A stretch of 64,000 bases of DNA, taken from Oikopleura dioica (taxonomy: Eukaryota; Animalia; Chordata). The position numbers were made by a program, and so were the translations under genes. The notes under the pieces were generated by a model that did no database searches, was not told where the DNA came from, and saw nothing but the letters and a program-made list of their open reading frames with translations. The DNA is taken from NCBI GenBank assembly GCA_907165135.1, contig OU015570.1:744001-808000 (forward strand), given 5' to 3'. Below, piece by piece: positions 10,207 to 22,542 of the stretch. The stretch's first letter is position 1, and the number at the start of each line of letters is the position of its first letter.

Positions 10207-13200
10207 TTATTCTTTCGGGTCTTCCGGTGCTAATCTAAGATGACGGATATTACGGACAAGCCTGTTTCCCGTTCCCAATTCTTCAAGTTCGTAGCTTCCG
10301 AATCGAAGGTATCGGACTACTCTGGCTAGGCCGGCATATTGAACGTATGCCTTGCGGGACGTATTTGGTTTCTTAGGGGACCAGAAGGCCACCTTCCGAC
10401 CCACCGGTATCGAACCTTGCTTGGGGGCTTCTGGGAGATCTTTTCCCGGTAATCGAGCTAAGAACTTGCTCTGAAGTTCTCCCGCAATTCTGTGAAGCCA
10501 GCCCGAGCAATACGCGGCCCAATCCTCTGGGTCACCCGTTCCCTACGGATCATCTGGGAGGCAGAATGTTGGGTAGGGCATAGGGCGCCCACTGATACAT
10601 TCAGAAGGAGTTAGATTCCCTAGTGTACTACAGGGCGTGTTATTGAGGTGATATACCACAAACGCAATTTCTTTGCTCCATGTGGCAGGGTCAAGGCTCA
10701 GAATTTTGCTCTTGATCCCAATGGAACGAAATTTCCGCTCTGTGAGATTCCCTTGCGGCGAATAGGGGCTTATTCGGCTTATCTTGATATTGAATTTCTC
10801 AAGAAGCTCTGTCACGTGTTGATTGGCGAACTCAAGCCCATTATCGAAGGTAAATCTACCACCCATGGCATTGTTAAAAGGATTAATTCCAAAATACCTT
10901 GAGCGACCTCCGGGGCCGATTTTTTCTGAGGGGCTTGCAGACCACGAATCGAGTCATCTGGTCGACTCCAGCCAGAAGGTACCGAAAACCATCCTGGTCT
11001 ACGCTTCCGAAATCACAGAGGTCTAGATAGACCCGTTCCCAAGGTTGGGACGCGATTTCAGGCTTTGGAACGTCGATGTTCCGGAGTGCTGGGCGTGGTT
11101 TTATCTGTAGACATTTGAGGCATGAATTGCAGATTTCTCGCGCGACCGCCTGCGGATTTCGCATAATGAATTTCCGGCGTAGAATCTCCGAGAGACAGCC
11201 TGTACCCGGGTGGGCTTTGCAGACGTGGAGGAAACTGGCGACTTGGAGTGCGAGCTCGTAGGGGAGGAATATCTTGTCTCTGTTTTCCTTTTCGACATAG
11301 ATTTCCCGCTCGTCAAGTGTCACTAGGTCCTTCTCAAGGATTTTCTGCAGAAAAGCGTCGCTTTTCTGAATCCGATTGAGCTGGGCTGCAGTGAAACCGG
11401 TATCTCCGATGGTAAGAATCGGCGCGTCACTGTTGTTTTTCCGGATTCTGCGAGCCCGGCGCGTTTCAATCTGAAGACATGAGTAGACGGAATCAAAGCC
11501 CGGTTCAAGCCTGATGACATTTGAGACTCCTCTGTCTAGATCGTCGGGTTCCGCGTAGTCATCGAACTCGCTGATGGGGACGGCTCTGCTGAGAGCATCG
11601 ATTCCGACCATCATTGGGTCCGTTCCCTTCACATGCTCTATCGACGAGACATTAAAACGCGTTAATCGTTGTATTAAATTAACGACGCGTACGGGAAGTG
11701 ATTTCCGCATTCGTTTCTCCTCAAGGACTTTCTGCAACGAGAAATGGTCGCTGACCACTGTGACTGGTTGAAGATAAACCTGATCTTCGAAGTACTCGAG
11801 AGCACAAACAACCGCTGCCAGCTCGATATATCTGGAAGCTAGCTTCGCTTCTGCGCTAACGAGTGCCCGTGAGAAGTATCCGAGCGGTTGTAAGTGGCCA
11901 GATGGTAACTTTTGATGCAGGGCCCCGGCAATGGCTTTTGTGGATCCATCGGTCACAAGAACCAAAGGAAGTTCCGGGTCTCGATGTGCGAGCTCTGTTG
12001 CCGCCGCCAAATTGAGCTTGAATTTCTCAAAGCTCTCTTGATGCGCTGAAGTCCATGTGAAAGCCTCTTTCGAAGGAGCGCACAGCTTGTGTAGGGGCTC
12101 TAGAATCGCGGATGCGTCCTTTATGAAGTGGCGGTAGAAAACTCCTAGACCGATAAAGGAACGCGTTTGTTTTCTCGATTTCGGCCGCGGAAAGTCAAGT
12201 ATTGCTTGCACTTTCGACCGAATAGGCGCGACACCCTTTGATGTAACCGTAAAGCCGAGGTAATCAAAGGAACTAGAGCAAATGAAGGTCTTTTCAACCT
12301 TCAAAGTTACACCGCACTCCTTGAGCTTTTTCAGAACCCGCTCAAGTGCTTTCAAATGATCTTCGAACGATTGCGAGAGAATAAGCAAATCGTCCATTAA
12401 GATCATGACTTCAGGGTCGTCTTGGAAAATGCGGGACACAGCCCTGGCAAAGCATGAGGCAATGTGAAGAAAAGCACCACTTCGACAATCGTGCGAGCAG
12501 CAACATTTGCTCGCTCCCCAGTGGTAACTCGAACAACGGAAAATCGCGTGGATGTGTCGAGTTTAGTGCAGCACAAGCGCTTGCCAGCACAGTTGGGGAA
12601 TTCGCCATTTGTCGGGACTCGGACAGGTCTGTAGAACAGGCCAAGCTCGTCAGTAGAACTTCCAGAGACGTCTTCATACTGGACACAAAGAAGGGCGAGT
12701 TCATGAAGTTCGCTTCTATTGTGGTAATAAGATGGAAGAACGAGCTCTTTCTGGCTTTGCAAGTAGCTCAGAAGGTCCGTAGTAGAGGTGTTGGGGCCTG
12801 GAGCAGGAGGATTAAGCTGATTTTTGGCAGCTTGAGAGGGGTGTGATCGACGAGCGTCAGCGTAACTATGAAAATCTGCGCTACTGGGGTTGCCAGAGTC
12901 GATCAGAAGCGCATTCCAGGGATCACGAGCGTACGAGTTGATTTTGAGAGCCTGTGTGTAGATTTCTGCTCCAGGGCTATCTCGTCGTTGAAAAATGTCT
13001 TTGGTACCAGTTCCACCAAAGGAGACATTTGCGGCGTGATCGGCGACAGTACTGCTGATGAGTGGCGGCGCCTTGTGGCCACCTGTCACTAGAATGCGGA
13101 TTCCAGCGAATTCTGAACCGCTGAATTTGATGATAGTGCGGGACTCGCCTCGGGCCTCCGTCTCGGGGTTGACGCCAGTGACAGTGAACTTGAAGCTCTG

Positions 13201-13755
13201 CAGGTGCTTCAAAAGTTCGTCAGGGATGTGCCATTTCGGCAGCCATTTTGGCAGGATAACATCGTCGGCGCCAGTGTCGAACATGCCGTTTTTGACGTTG
13301 GAGGAATGTTCGGCGAGAGTGACTGTGAAGTCAGGTCTGGAAGGTTCCGAGAAGGTGAGTAGCGCGGAGGAAGTGGGTGGAGAGTTAGAGGTGCGTCGAT
13401 CTAACTCTCGATCCGAAAAAACCTGATCGTTGTCAACAGGAGAAGCAAAAGTTGTGCCAGTAGCGGAGTCATGGACGTCAACTGAGTCGTCAGAACTCTG
13501 GGTCTCGTTTTGATCAGTGCGAGAGGCTCCAGGTGAATGTTCGAACTCCAATAAAGCCTTACATCGAGCATTTATTAGCTTAAGGCGAGTTTTGATCGCT
13601 TCTAAGTCGGCTTTGGGTAGCGCGGGGTTGACGGCGAGAGCAATCAGGTGTTCCATGACCTCGATCCTGTACGCATTCAGCTCGTTGATGCAGCTGCATG
13701 AATCGATTCGGTCAGCGGAAATGTTGAGCGCGTAACAGGCGCTGATAGGGGACAT
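10207..13755 (-). pseudogene. pol: pol polyprotein (PR, RT, RNase H, integrase) with several frameshifts
   Basis: Protease FDTGADD; RT LMDDLLI and YLGF; RNase H LVTDGS...YFSR...EL..SDH; integrase H-x4-H...C-x2-C, LDLCDFG, FDNGLEF, PYSPQGNLTER; C-terminal YVQYAGL..FGSYEL. Spread over ORFs 12403-13755, 10883-12439, 10543-10866 and 10207-10404. Confidence 0.93.
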
Positions 13756-13756
13756 T

Positions 13757-14290
13757 TTAGGCGGGCCAAATGTCGTTGAGATTGGGATCGGCGAAGTTCA
13801 CGGGGTCTCGTTGGCGGGATTGATCAAAATCGGCGGCGCGGCATAACGGAATTGGCGGTAAGAGGTTCACAACAAGATATTGTACCTTTACAAGGCGCTC
13901 AAGTAACTGGAAATTTCCTTGGGCGGCGCACGTGGCGACTTTTTCACGTGAAGTGTGTGTTCCAGAGGGCCGGCGGCGAAAATGGCAATTCAGGCGCGGT
14001 CGGAGACGAGTTCCACGTCGTTGAAGGCGATAAAATGCGGCAGTTACAGTTTTGACAACTTGACTGACCTCGTTTGTGCGCACAGAAGGGTTACTGTGCG
14101 GCGCGCGGACGCGACTTGATTCACGAGCTCCAGCGGTTTATCAAACACGGGAACGGCGGAAGATCGCTCGATTGACTTGGCGAGTGGTCACACCAAGTAA
14201 ATAACACTTCTAGCTTCGCAGCAGGAAGTGCCGGTGATGAGGGCGAACGTGGGTTCGGATGAGTCCAATGAAGAAAGAAGCTTAGCGATT
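13757..14290 (-). pseudogene. gag: Short, broken gag remnant of element 1
   Basis: Only about 535 bp lie between the PBS and the pol ATG at 13755. The longest ORF is 108 aa and I recognise no capsid motif. Confidence 0.45.
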
Positions 14291-14297
14291 GTCACCA
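14282..14297 (-). promoter_or_regulatory. Primer-binding site (TGGTGAC..., tRNA-Trp-like)
   Basis: Minus strand reads LTR..CA-TC-TGGTGACAATCGCTAA. TGGTGAC is complementary to the 3' end of eukaryotic tRNA-Trp; only 7 nt can be checked from memory. Confidence 0.7.
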
Positions 14298-14299
14298 GA

Positions 14300-14532
14300 T
14301 GTAAGCGTCTAAGTACTGCGTCTGCTCTAGTACTAGGCGTTCTCTTTTCTGCTAGTCGTAGCCTCTACTATATTCTTCAATAAAAACACGGGAAAGGTAG
14401 TTTCCGATAAAACGTGTATTCTGCACTTTTACTGTGCGCGGACTGAAGCAGTGAACGTAAAAGTGGCAGAGAAGAGCGCGGCGCGAGATCCTAATCAGAT
14501 CTCTAACCGACTTTCAGCACTAAGACCTCACA
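14300..14532 (-). repeat. 5' LTR of element 1
   Basis: Direct repeat of 5719-5951, followed on the minus strand by the PBS. Confidence 0.97.
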
Positions 14533-14974
14533 CTTTCTTTAGTGCTAACAGCTTTTTGTCACTTACTAAGAAGCAGACGGCGATAGTTAAAGGTTAATCT
14601 TCTAGAACCAACATTTGTGATAAATGATAGGGTCGACTGATTAAGTGAATCACAATTTATTAACAAACCATCCTGAACTCATAACATAGCATCAACGGAG
14701 GGTTTACATAATAAACAGCGGTTAAACTTAAGCAGAGACAGATGGTATAGAAAGGTCTGAAAAATGTTTGCTCATTATCACATAAGTAAGCAAAGAGTAA
14801 AATTAATTGTACTTAGCGACATCCAAGAGTGAAAGGTTGAAATTGAATCGGGGAGACCATTCTCTGGTGAAAATATTTCTCTTTTTCCCATCTTCTCTTT
14901 CATACGTCCATTATCCGATATTTGGTATGGTTATTGGGTTGACGTCTTCAATAATGTAGTTTTTGTAATTTTAT

Positions 14975-15011
14975 TTGCAAGCTTTCGGCCTACAAGGCCA
15001 TCTTCAGGCAA
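14975..15011 (-). ncRNA. Minimal type I hammerhead ribozyme motif
   Basis: Same 37-nt motif as 5446-5482. Confidence 0.75.
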
Positions 15012-15369
15012 CTGAATGGTTCGATAAATACAGAAAAAAGTACAATTAACTAACGGTGAAACGGGACAGGTCCCGAGTGAGTAGAATTTGACAGAAAGGG
15101 CACCGGTAAAAGAGTATCTAGAGAATTTTTGAAAGAAGTCTAGAGACTTTTTCATGTTCTGGAGATTATTACGGCACTGAGCGAAGAAGAGGGAAACCAG
15201 CGATGTTTTTAGAGTCTTTTTAGAGTCTAGCGAGTCTCTAGACTTCTTTCAAAAATTCTCTAGATACTCTTTTACCGGTGCCCTTTCTGTCAAATTCTAC
15301 TCACTCGGGACCTGTCCCGTTTCACCGTAAGTTAATTGTACTTTTTTCTGTATTTATCGAACCATTCAG

Positions 15370-15406
15370 TTGCCTGAAGATGGCCTTGTAGGCCGAAAGC
15401 TTGCAA
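15370..15406 (+). ncRNA. Minimal type I hammerhead ribozyme motif
   Basis: TTGCCTGAAGATGGCCTTGTAGGCCGAAAGCTTGCAA on the plus strand, in the inverted arm. Confidence 0.75.
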
Positions 15407-16322
15407 ATAAAATTTCAAAAACTACATTATTGAAGACGTCAACCCAATAACCATGCCAAAAATGAAATTTATTTTATTATTTTTGATTTTGTTTTTTGGT
15501 CTTTTATAAAATGAAAAATGCTTATTAATAGGGTGGGGATACAGAAAATGGACTTTTTACTCGTAGCAGCAACGATAAAAACTTTTTGGGATAAGTTATT
15601 TTATTGCCAACCAAAAAAAATTCTTGAAAAAAAAAATTTGAATTTTGATTGTCACGTGATGAAAATCGCCATTAAAAGTGCCAAAAATGCCAAAATAGCC
15701 GAATGAACATGGATTTTTGTAAATTACTGTAAAATGTAGTATTATAAGTGTTGAAGGTCATAGAACGACTGTAATTGACTCCGTAGAATACATTTTGTTG
15801 GTTTTAGGCATATAAATAGTAATTATGGATCTTTAGGAGGCCGATTCCAAAAAGATTTTGTTACCACCAGATTCAGAATTGAATTCTCTATCACATATGC
15901 AGGAATAAAAAAAATCGATGTTCATTCGGCGATTTTAGCATACATTTAGTGCTTTCCCACGTGACCTGAAAAAATTTCAAAAAAATTTTTTTTGCCAAAA
16001 AATTTTCTGGGGCTGATTCCATCTTGTCACCAAAAATAAAGTCTCTACGACGTTTGCTGAGAAAGCTCATTTTTTTGTGTCCCCTCCCTACTTATCAAAC
16101 CAAAACAACCTCCTGAGAATTCTCACCCTACAAGCTTTTAAAAATGTCAAGAAATACGCCGTAGGCGAGCGAAAAGAAGGGGTGCAGGGCGGCCACGGTA
16201 CAAAATTTTTTATTACCGCCGGTACAAGCCAAAAATAAAATCGGAGAAAAAGATCGCGCTTCGAATTTTGAAGTTTTGAAGTTTGGACACATAAATATTT
16301 TCGCATTGGCATGGCGGTCTAG

Positions 16323-17660
16323 TCACTCCAGTTTGTTAATGAATTCCATAATGTCTTTGGGCACTTTGTCTGAGTGGATATATTTGCAATATTTCGAAAA
16401 TCGACATCGTTTATCCTTTGAATATGCGTAACAATTGCCTTTGAGTTTTCCATAATCAATTCGGCTTCTTCTGTTACTTTTCCTATCTGAACGATTTTTC
16501 TATTCTTTTTTCTTTTCCAGAAGTTGCTTCATTGTGTTTATATACTCTTGCATCTGATCACTTTTTTCGTCAGTTTGAATACTGAAGTTCATATCGCGTT
16601 TTGGGATAGCTGCTTCTAATTCTGCTGCTCGCGTGGCCATATTCTCAATTGTAAGTGATGACTTTTCTCGCATCAGTAACTCTTTGATTTTCGAATCCTG
16701 CGATTCAGCAAATCTTTCAATGATAAGCAGTTAATCATTTTCACCAAGGTTTTTCTGCTTGTTACCTTGTTTGTATAAGCTTATCAATTTGCTCAGGCAC
16801 ATTACGAAAGTATCTGATCCACGATTGTATGTTCGAAATTGATTCTTATAAAAGTCCGATGTTTCACCAAGCATAGTTGTCAATCTAGTTTTGAATCTTT
16901 TCCAGTCATGAAAATCTTCTTGCTCTAGACTTTGAATGATATGGCTTCCTTCTGACTCATTCAGTAAGGTGGTAAGGGCCAGTGTTATTATCTCGTTGTC
17001 TTTTAATCTTGAACAATGGGAGTAAATCTCAAGATTTTCGAACCATGACGCGATTGGAATGGTAGCATCGTATTAAGGTGGTTTCACTTTCAACGCGGAT
17101 GATCTTGCAAAAGATTTTGACGTTGGTGGATCTGATCTCGAAGTTGGTCTTGGTTTCTGCTCACGTGGCTTCTCTTGTCTCTCCGTTTTTATGTTCTCTC
17201 GTTTTCTTGATGGTCGTTTGGGTCTTTCTTTATCTGGGTAAGTGATCACTGTAGAATTAACTGAAGCTGTTTCATCAGATGAACTTTCTTCTTGGGAAAT
17301 TTCGAGTTCTGGGAGACTTTCCGGCTCGCTGTCGAATTCCATTGATGCCATAAGAGCGCTCAAGTTTTCTGCTTCTCTTGCAGCCAAAATTCTGTCAATA
17401 TCAAGTTTATGATGATTTCTGGCAAATTTTTGCTCTACTGGTCCAGTATGGTCGCTCAGATATTCCAGGAATTGACCGTCATCGCTTTTTATGAAGACAT
17501 ATTTTTAGTTAGGATCAAGAGTGAGGATATTAAAAACAATTGAATTTTTATCTGTTATTGGGATATTCGTTGGATATGTTTTCTCGTCAAAGGAATCATA
17601 AATTTGTAATAGTTCTATTCTCGATAAGTCTTCTAGGACTTTATAATATGGTTCTGACAT
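16323..17660 (-). pseudogene. gag: Ty3/Gypsy-type gag (446 codons, 4 in-frame stops) ending in a CCCH zinc finger
   Basis: One frame from ATG 17660 to TGA 16323. Capsid-like segment YDATIPIASWFENLE...DWKRFKTRLTTMLG and terminal CYAYSKDKRCRFSKYCKYIH. PBS TGGTGAC at 17706-17712. Confidence 0.75.
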
Positions 17661-17763
17661 TTTGTTTTCGGGGTTATCTCTATAAGTCTCTCGCCGTTTG
17701 GTTCAGTCACCAAATTTGTAGTGCTTGCTTAAAGCACTTTGTAGAGTCTGCTTGCACAGATGC

Positions 17764-19142
17764 TCAGGTTCCTTTCGTCTTGTAGAATGTCGTCGAACAG
17801 CTTTCCTGGCTGTACACCTTCTTTCCACTCTCTTTTCGGGTATTCGGGTCAAACTTTTCTTTTTGTGGCTCAATACTGTAGCCCATTAAGAGCGTGTACC
17901 ATTTGGCTCTCCATCTTTCGGAATCCATGATCAGTCTGTCTGCCAAACAGAAAACATTTTCTTCCGCCCAGGCGTCGCCTGCTTCTAGCTCGTGCTTTAG
18001 GATAGAGACCATCTTTCTTCTTCGCGACTGTCTTGCGTAACGCATCTCGTTTTTGACTTCCCTCATCAGGTTCAACATTTTCTTCTCGTCTTCTCTTTCG
18101 ATGGCCTTACCATCTCTTCTGCGAGCTCTTTCCATTCTGTCTTCGCTTTCGTGTTCCTCGCAACTCCTTTCCAGACTTTTTTTTGATTTTTGATTTTCGC
18201 AGGCGTCGCCTGAATCGTTTGAATTCCAATGATCTTGATCGGGAGGGACTCAATGATCATCCAGGTGTTCTGTCCGCTCGCAGGATATACTGATCTCGAC
18301 TGGCCAATTTCCATCGCTTGAACGTTTAAGTCAATCAGTTCCAGATCATTTTTCATGTAAATGAAGTCGATCGCGGCTGTACCCGGTTCGTTGTAGCATT
18401 CATTACTCCAAGTCTGCATCTGTTGCGTTACCTCTCTTCCTAAGTCGACTAGAAAATCTTCCCAGTTTTCTTTCGTCGTACTTTCAGACCAATCCAAAAG
18501 CCCCACGAATTCTTCTGCCATTCTCTCAACCGACATTTCCAGGACTTTTCGCCTCTTTCTACTTGTCGTTCTGACAGTCGCCTCTCGTTCTCGATCATCA
18601 ATGGTTTGGCCAGGTCTTTGTATAACTCGAACGCGACGCGTTTGATCTGATCACCTTCCGTCCTTCTTTCTTCTTCAATCTCCATGAGACGATTTCATCC
18701 ATTTTTAAGCGCCTTTTTGTAAAGATTTGCGTCACATCCACTCTTATCGAAGTTCCTGGGATTGATATCTACAATATTTTCAATTCTGGTCCTTTTCTGC
18801 CTTTAATTACCTCCTCCTTTCTCATTTGTCTCCATACTTCCGTGTAAAGATTCATCAACGGTCGCTCCTGTGCTGAGCGGAAGTCCGGCGCACCTTCCAT
18901 CAGCCTTCCGGCTTGATTCCATCCAACACGCTGACAGCGTCTTAATGTCCTTCTTGTTCTTTCTCTTCTGCCTTTCCGACTTTTCCGCTTCGCTCGCCCA
19001 ATGAATCAAAGACAGTCGTATCTTCTCCTTCCTTCTTGAATCTTTCAAATAGCGTCGCTTTCGTATATCTCCGAAGCTCCTCCGAGTTCTCGTTCAGTTC
19101 TTCCGACAATCCTTCCAGCTTAATTTTGGTTTTACTTTCCAA
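17764..19142 (-). pseudogene. Degenerate long ORF, possibly a non-LTR retrotransposon endonuclease/linker remnant
   Basis: Overlapping ORF fragments in staggered frames. AIDFIY resembles the APE xIDxI motif and is followed by a basic W-containing linker. No RT motif seen. Confidence 0.25.
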
Positions 19143-19428
19143 TTTTTCTAGAAGTTTTTGTTTTCATTCTTGCTTTTCTGGCCTTTTTAGTTTTGTTAAG
19201 GTCCCGGATGATATTTGAATTGCATTTTTATCAAATTTTAACATGTTTTTGCTTTTCTAGAACATAATTTGTTTTCCTTCCAATTTCCTCCCGACTTACG
19301 TACACTTGCGGGGCATGAGGAGGGCTCGGCCCTTCAACTTGTATCATTACCTGTGAGGAACTCCAATTTTGCGCTGTATCTAGCTTCGTTAGTGTCCTTG
19401 CTACTTGGTCTGCCCTAAATCCTTTTTT

Positions 19429-19956
19429 GGCTGGGCGGGAGAATAATTCTGTGAACAGAACTATTCTGTGAAAAAACAGAACTATTCTGTTTGAAACAGA
19501 ACCATTCTGTTTGAAACAGAACTATTCTGTGTCGAGCTTAGCAAAATTCACTTTGATTATGTCCTAGATGGCTTATAATACTTTGGAACTCATGTCTAAG
19601 AGCGAAAAAGGATTGGCTTCAGTCCGTCTACGAATCTTGCAGCCAAAAACAATCTATAAACAATGATAGTTTGTTAATAAAAGCTGAGCCGAAGAGGCTA
19701 TGAAGCACGCTACGGGCCTACGGCCCTTGCGCGCATTTTCTGATAGAGAACTCATTGGGTTGGCAGGGGCAGTCTTTTTCTACCGCTGGGACTCATTTTT
19801 GGCAGAAAACAACTTCTGTATTCGCAGAATAATAGTTGTTTTCGCCAAAAAAATTTTTCTTCACAGAATTATTCTCCCGGAAAGGGGGTGTTATCGGGAG
19901 AATAATTCTGTTTTTCACAGAATAGTTCTGTCCACAGAATTATTCTCCCGGTTGCC
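19429..19956. mobile_element. MITE with GG..GGGAGAATAATTCTGTG TIR and CAGAACTATTCTG arrays
   Basis: Inverted termini and a near-TSD CCTTTTTT/CCTTTTTC. Confidence 0.65.
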
Positions 19957-20054
19957 CCTTTTTCTCTCTCTTTTGTGGACATTTTCTTCATTTTAAGGGG
20001 TTTCCGTGGGACACTATTGCAAAGATAATGTTCCAATTGTGTGGACATTTTCCC

Positions 20055-20841
20055 GGAAGGTTGCAATTAGCCTGGCCCCAAAACCAGGATTCGACCAAAA
20101 TCCGAATCCTGGCCCCCGAGCCAGGATTCGCTCTAATTTTTGTAGCCTGGCCCCCGGGGCCAGGATTCGTCTAGAATTCCCAATCCTGGCCACGGCGTCT
20201 GGCAGAGTCAATTAACACTCGCTTCTATCGATTCTCTCGATGGTTTTGCCCAATAATTAATAAATCAAATTATTATTGGCTGTAATTTGCTTAATTTTGT
20301 GGTTAAGGTTAGGGACACCTCGCAAAATGACAGAACAGTTTCACCCGAGGGGGATAGGCTAGGGTTAGTTAGGGTTACTGAAAGTAACCCTAAGTAACCC
20401 TAGACTAGACCCCGGCATTTGAGACCTAGGGGCGGAGCCCCCAGGTAAGGGGCACTAGGATTTTCTAAATTTACAAAAGTAAATATGGCTTTTCATACCA
20501 CGTTTTTCCTTGAGTCTCGGTCAATCCTGGAGTTTGCTGAAATCCAGGCGCGAAGCGCATACCCCGGTCTCTTTTGGTCAGGAAACAGAATAGTTCTGTC
20601 CATAAAATTATATCGCAACCTCGATAAGTAAAAAGTTTGTATATTCAGTTAAATCCTGGCCGATGGGGCCAGGATTGGGAATTTTAGACGAATCCTGGCC
20701 CCGGGGGCCAGGCTAGAAAAATTAGAGCGAATCCTGGCTTGGGGGCCAGGCTAGAAAAATTAGAGCGAATCCTGGCTTGGGGGCCAGGATTCGGATTTTG
20801 GTCGAATCCTGGTTTTGGGGCCAGGCTAATTGCATACTTCC
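20055..20841. mobile_element. MITE with about 160-bp inverted ends built of CCTGGCCCC/GGGGCCAGG repeats
   Basis: 20055-20210 is the reverse complement of about 20655-20841. TSD not resolved. Confidence 0.7.
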
Positions 20842-21869
20842 TATCAGGGAAAATTTTCCCTGATAAGAAAATTTAAGAGGCAAAAATGGCATATTTTTTC
20901 AAAAATATAGGGATATTTTCAAGAAATGAAGGACTAAAGCATTTAAATTTGTCGAAAAAAGATAAAAATAAGCAAAAGAAAGGCGTTTCGAGGATGAAAT
21001 TCGCCATTTTTCCATAAAAACGTATATTTGAAAAGATTTAAATATACTACGGCGGGACATTTTTTGGGAACCCTTGCCCACTTTTGTGGACATTTTTCCG
21101 AAAATTTGGGACAAATAATGTCCACAAAAGAGGAAAATAACTGTAGCTTGATTTAGCATCGAGATAATTTTCTCCGACTACCTCATATTCTTCAGGATCA
21201 GCAAAAATCTCTGGAATACGTTGGAAATCTTCATACGCGCCCGGTTAAAGTTATCGACGATAAATAGCATATTCTAAGACTTATAAGCCCATTTTCCTGG
21301 AATTCTGATTACCTCGGGGTCATTTGATCTAGTCTTCCAACTCATGATCTGCCCCAGTCCCGTCATCGCGTCGCGATCTTCCAATGTCAGCAAAAAGACT
21401 CGGTTACATCTTTCCACATCAAAACTCATCGTCGACGACCCGTTGAGAATGTTTAACCTGTGTCTAATCCAGCTCTCGACATCTTCCAGTCTCGGCTGTC
21501 GCATTTTCCGAAATTCTCCGTCTAAACAGGGGTTTTTGAAGATTACCAATTTTCAATCTTCGCATTTCTTTGTTCCTTTACGCTGGAACCAAGAAACGAC
21601 TTTTCGATCTGGTACAGAACATCTCTCTTCTCATTCCTTAGGCGATGCCGACCGGCCTTTTTCCGGCTACGAATAACACGCGCACTAGAAATCACGATTG
21701 ATCACCGTTATTCATCCGCTTTGTTTACATTTTCTTCACGATGAGTCAATCTCGAGAAATTTTTTCCTCTTTTTGGTTTTGCATATTTCAGCTTAACCGA
21801 GGCATTTCTCCGAGATGCTACTCCAAAAGTGGAAAATCGCAACTGAGGTGTTTTCGGGTTTCTCATCCC

Positions 21870-22229
21870 CGGGTACCCTCCCAATCCCGGGGTTTTTGCG
21901 AATCCCCGGGATTCGGAGGGTCAAATCCGAAATGTTCTAGAAACGCTTTAGTGTTATTTTTTATTAATCTAAAAAGTAAAAATATTCTCAAAAAAGGGTT
22001 AGGGTTAGTCCCCGAATGCAATTTTCGTCTAAGAAAATCTGATAATTTGTAATAATCTTTTTATTTGCTTTATTAATTGGGTTAGGGTTAGGTGAGAGAC
22101 CACTGGAAAACAAATCCTATACTCATTGAGGCGTTCTAGAAGCATCAAAAATGACCACCCTCCGAATCCCGGGGTTTATGCCGAAAACCCCGGGATTCGG
22201 AGGGTACCCCGGGATTGGGAGGGTCACCC
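21870..22229. mobile_element. MITE, 8-bp TSD
   Basis: TSD CTCATCCC at 21862-21869 and 22230-22237, TIR GGGT(G)ACCCTCCCAATCCCGGGGT, internal GGTTAGGGTTAG. Confidence 0.8.
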
Positions 22230-22542
22230 CTCATCCCTTAAGGGACCGTGTTCTAGAGAATTTTGGATGTTTCTGAGTTTACCGGTCAATTCTTCTCCCC
22301 GCTCCCTTCGGTAACTAATCATAACAACAACCCTTTCCACGCTCTGGAATCGGTAGATCGATAAAGACAAGACCGAAATCATTCAAATCGTCAAGGAAAA
22401 AATCTGGAGAAATTCCCGTCCTTCTCATGCACAAAAAATGGAAACCTTATCATCGACCCGAAAAATTTTGCTTAAATCCTCCAGTAACTTCCTCCACAAT
22501 GATTAGGGTTCGCGCCCAAAAATCAAGTGCCCGAAATACTTA

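Larger units (their letters stand above)
5719..14532 (-). mobile_element. Full-length env-bearing Ty3/Gypsy LTR retroelement (Tor-like), 8814 bp
   Basis: 233-bp TG..CA LTRs at 5719-5951 and 14300-14532 with one mismatch. TSD CTTTC at 5714-5718 and 14533-14537. PBS next to the 5' LTR, short purine tract GGGGAGC before the 3' LTR, and PR-RT-RH-IN-env order. Confidence 0.95.
14921..15460. repeat. Long inverted repeat (227-bp arms, 86-bp spacer); a partial direct copy lies at about 5426-5645
   Basis: 14921-15147 is the reverse complement of 15234-15460, with about 3 mismatches seen. Confidence 0.9.

Noticed and set aside
21160-21676. Coding-like fragment (LDGEFRKMRQPRLEDVESW...)
   Set aside because: No recognisable motif, broken frames; cannot assign.
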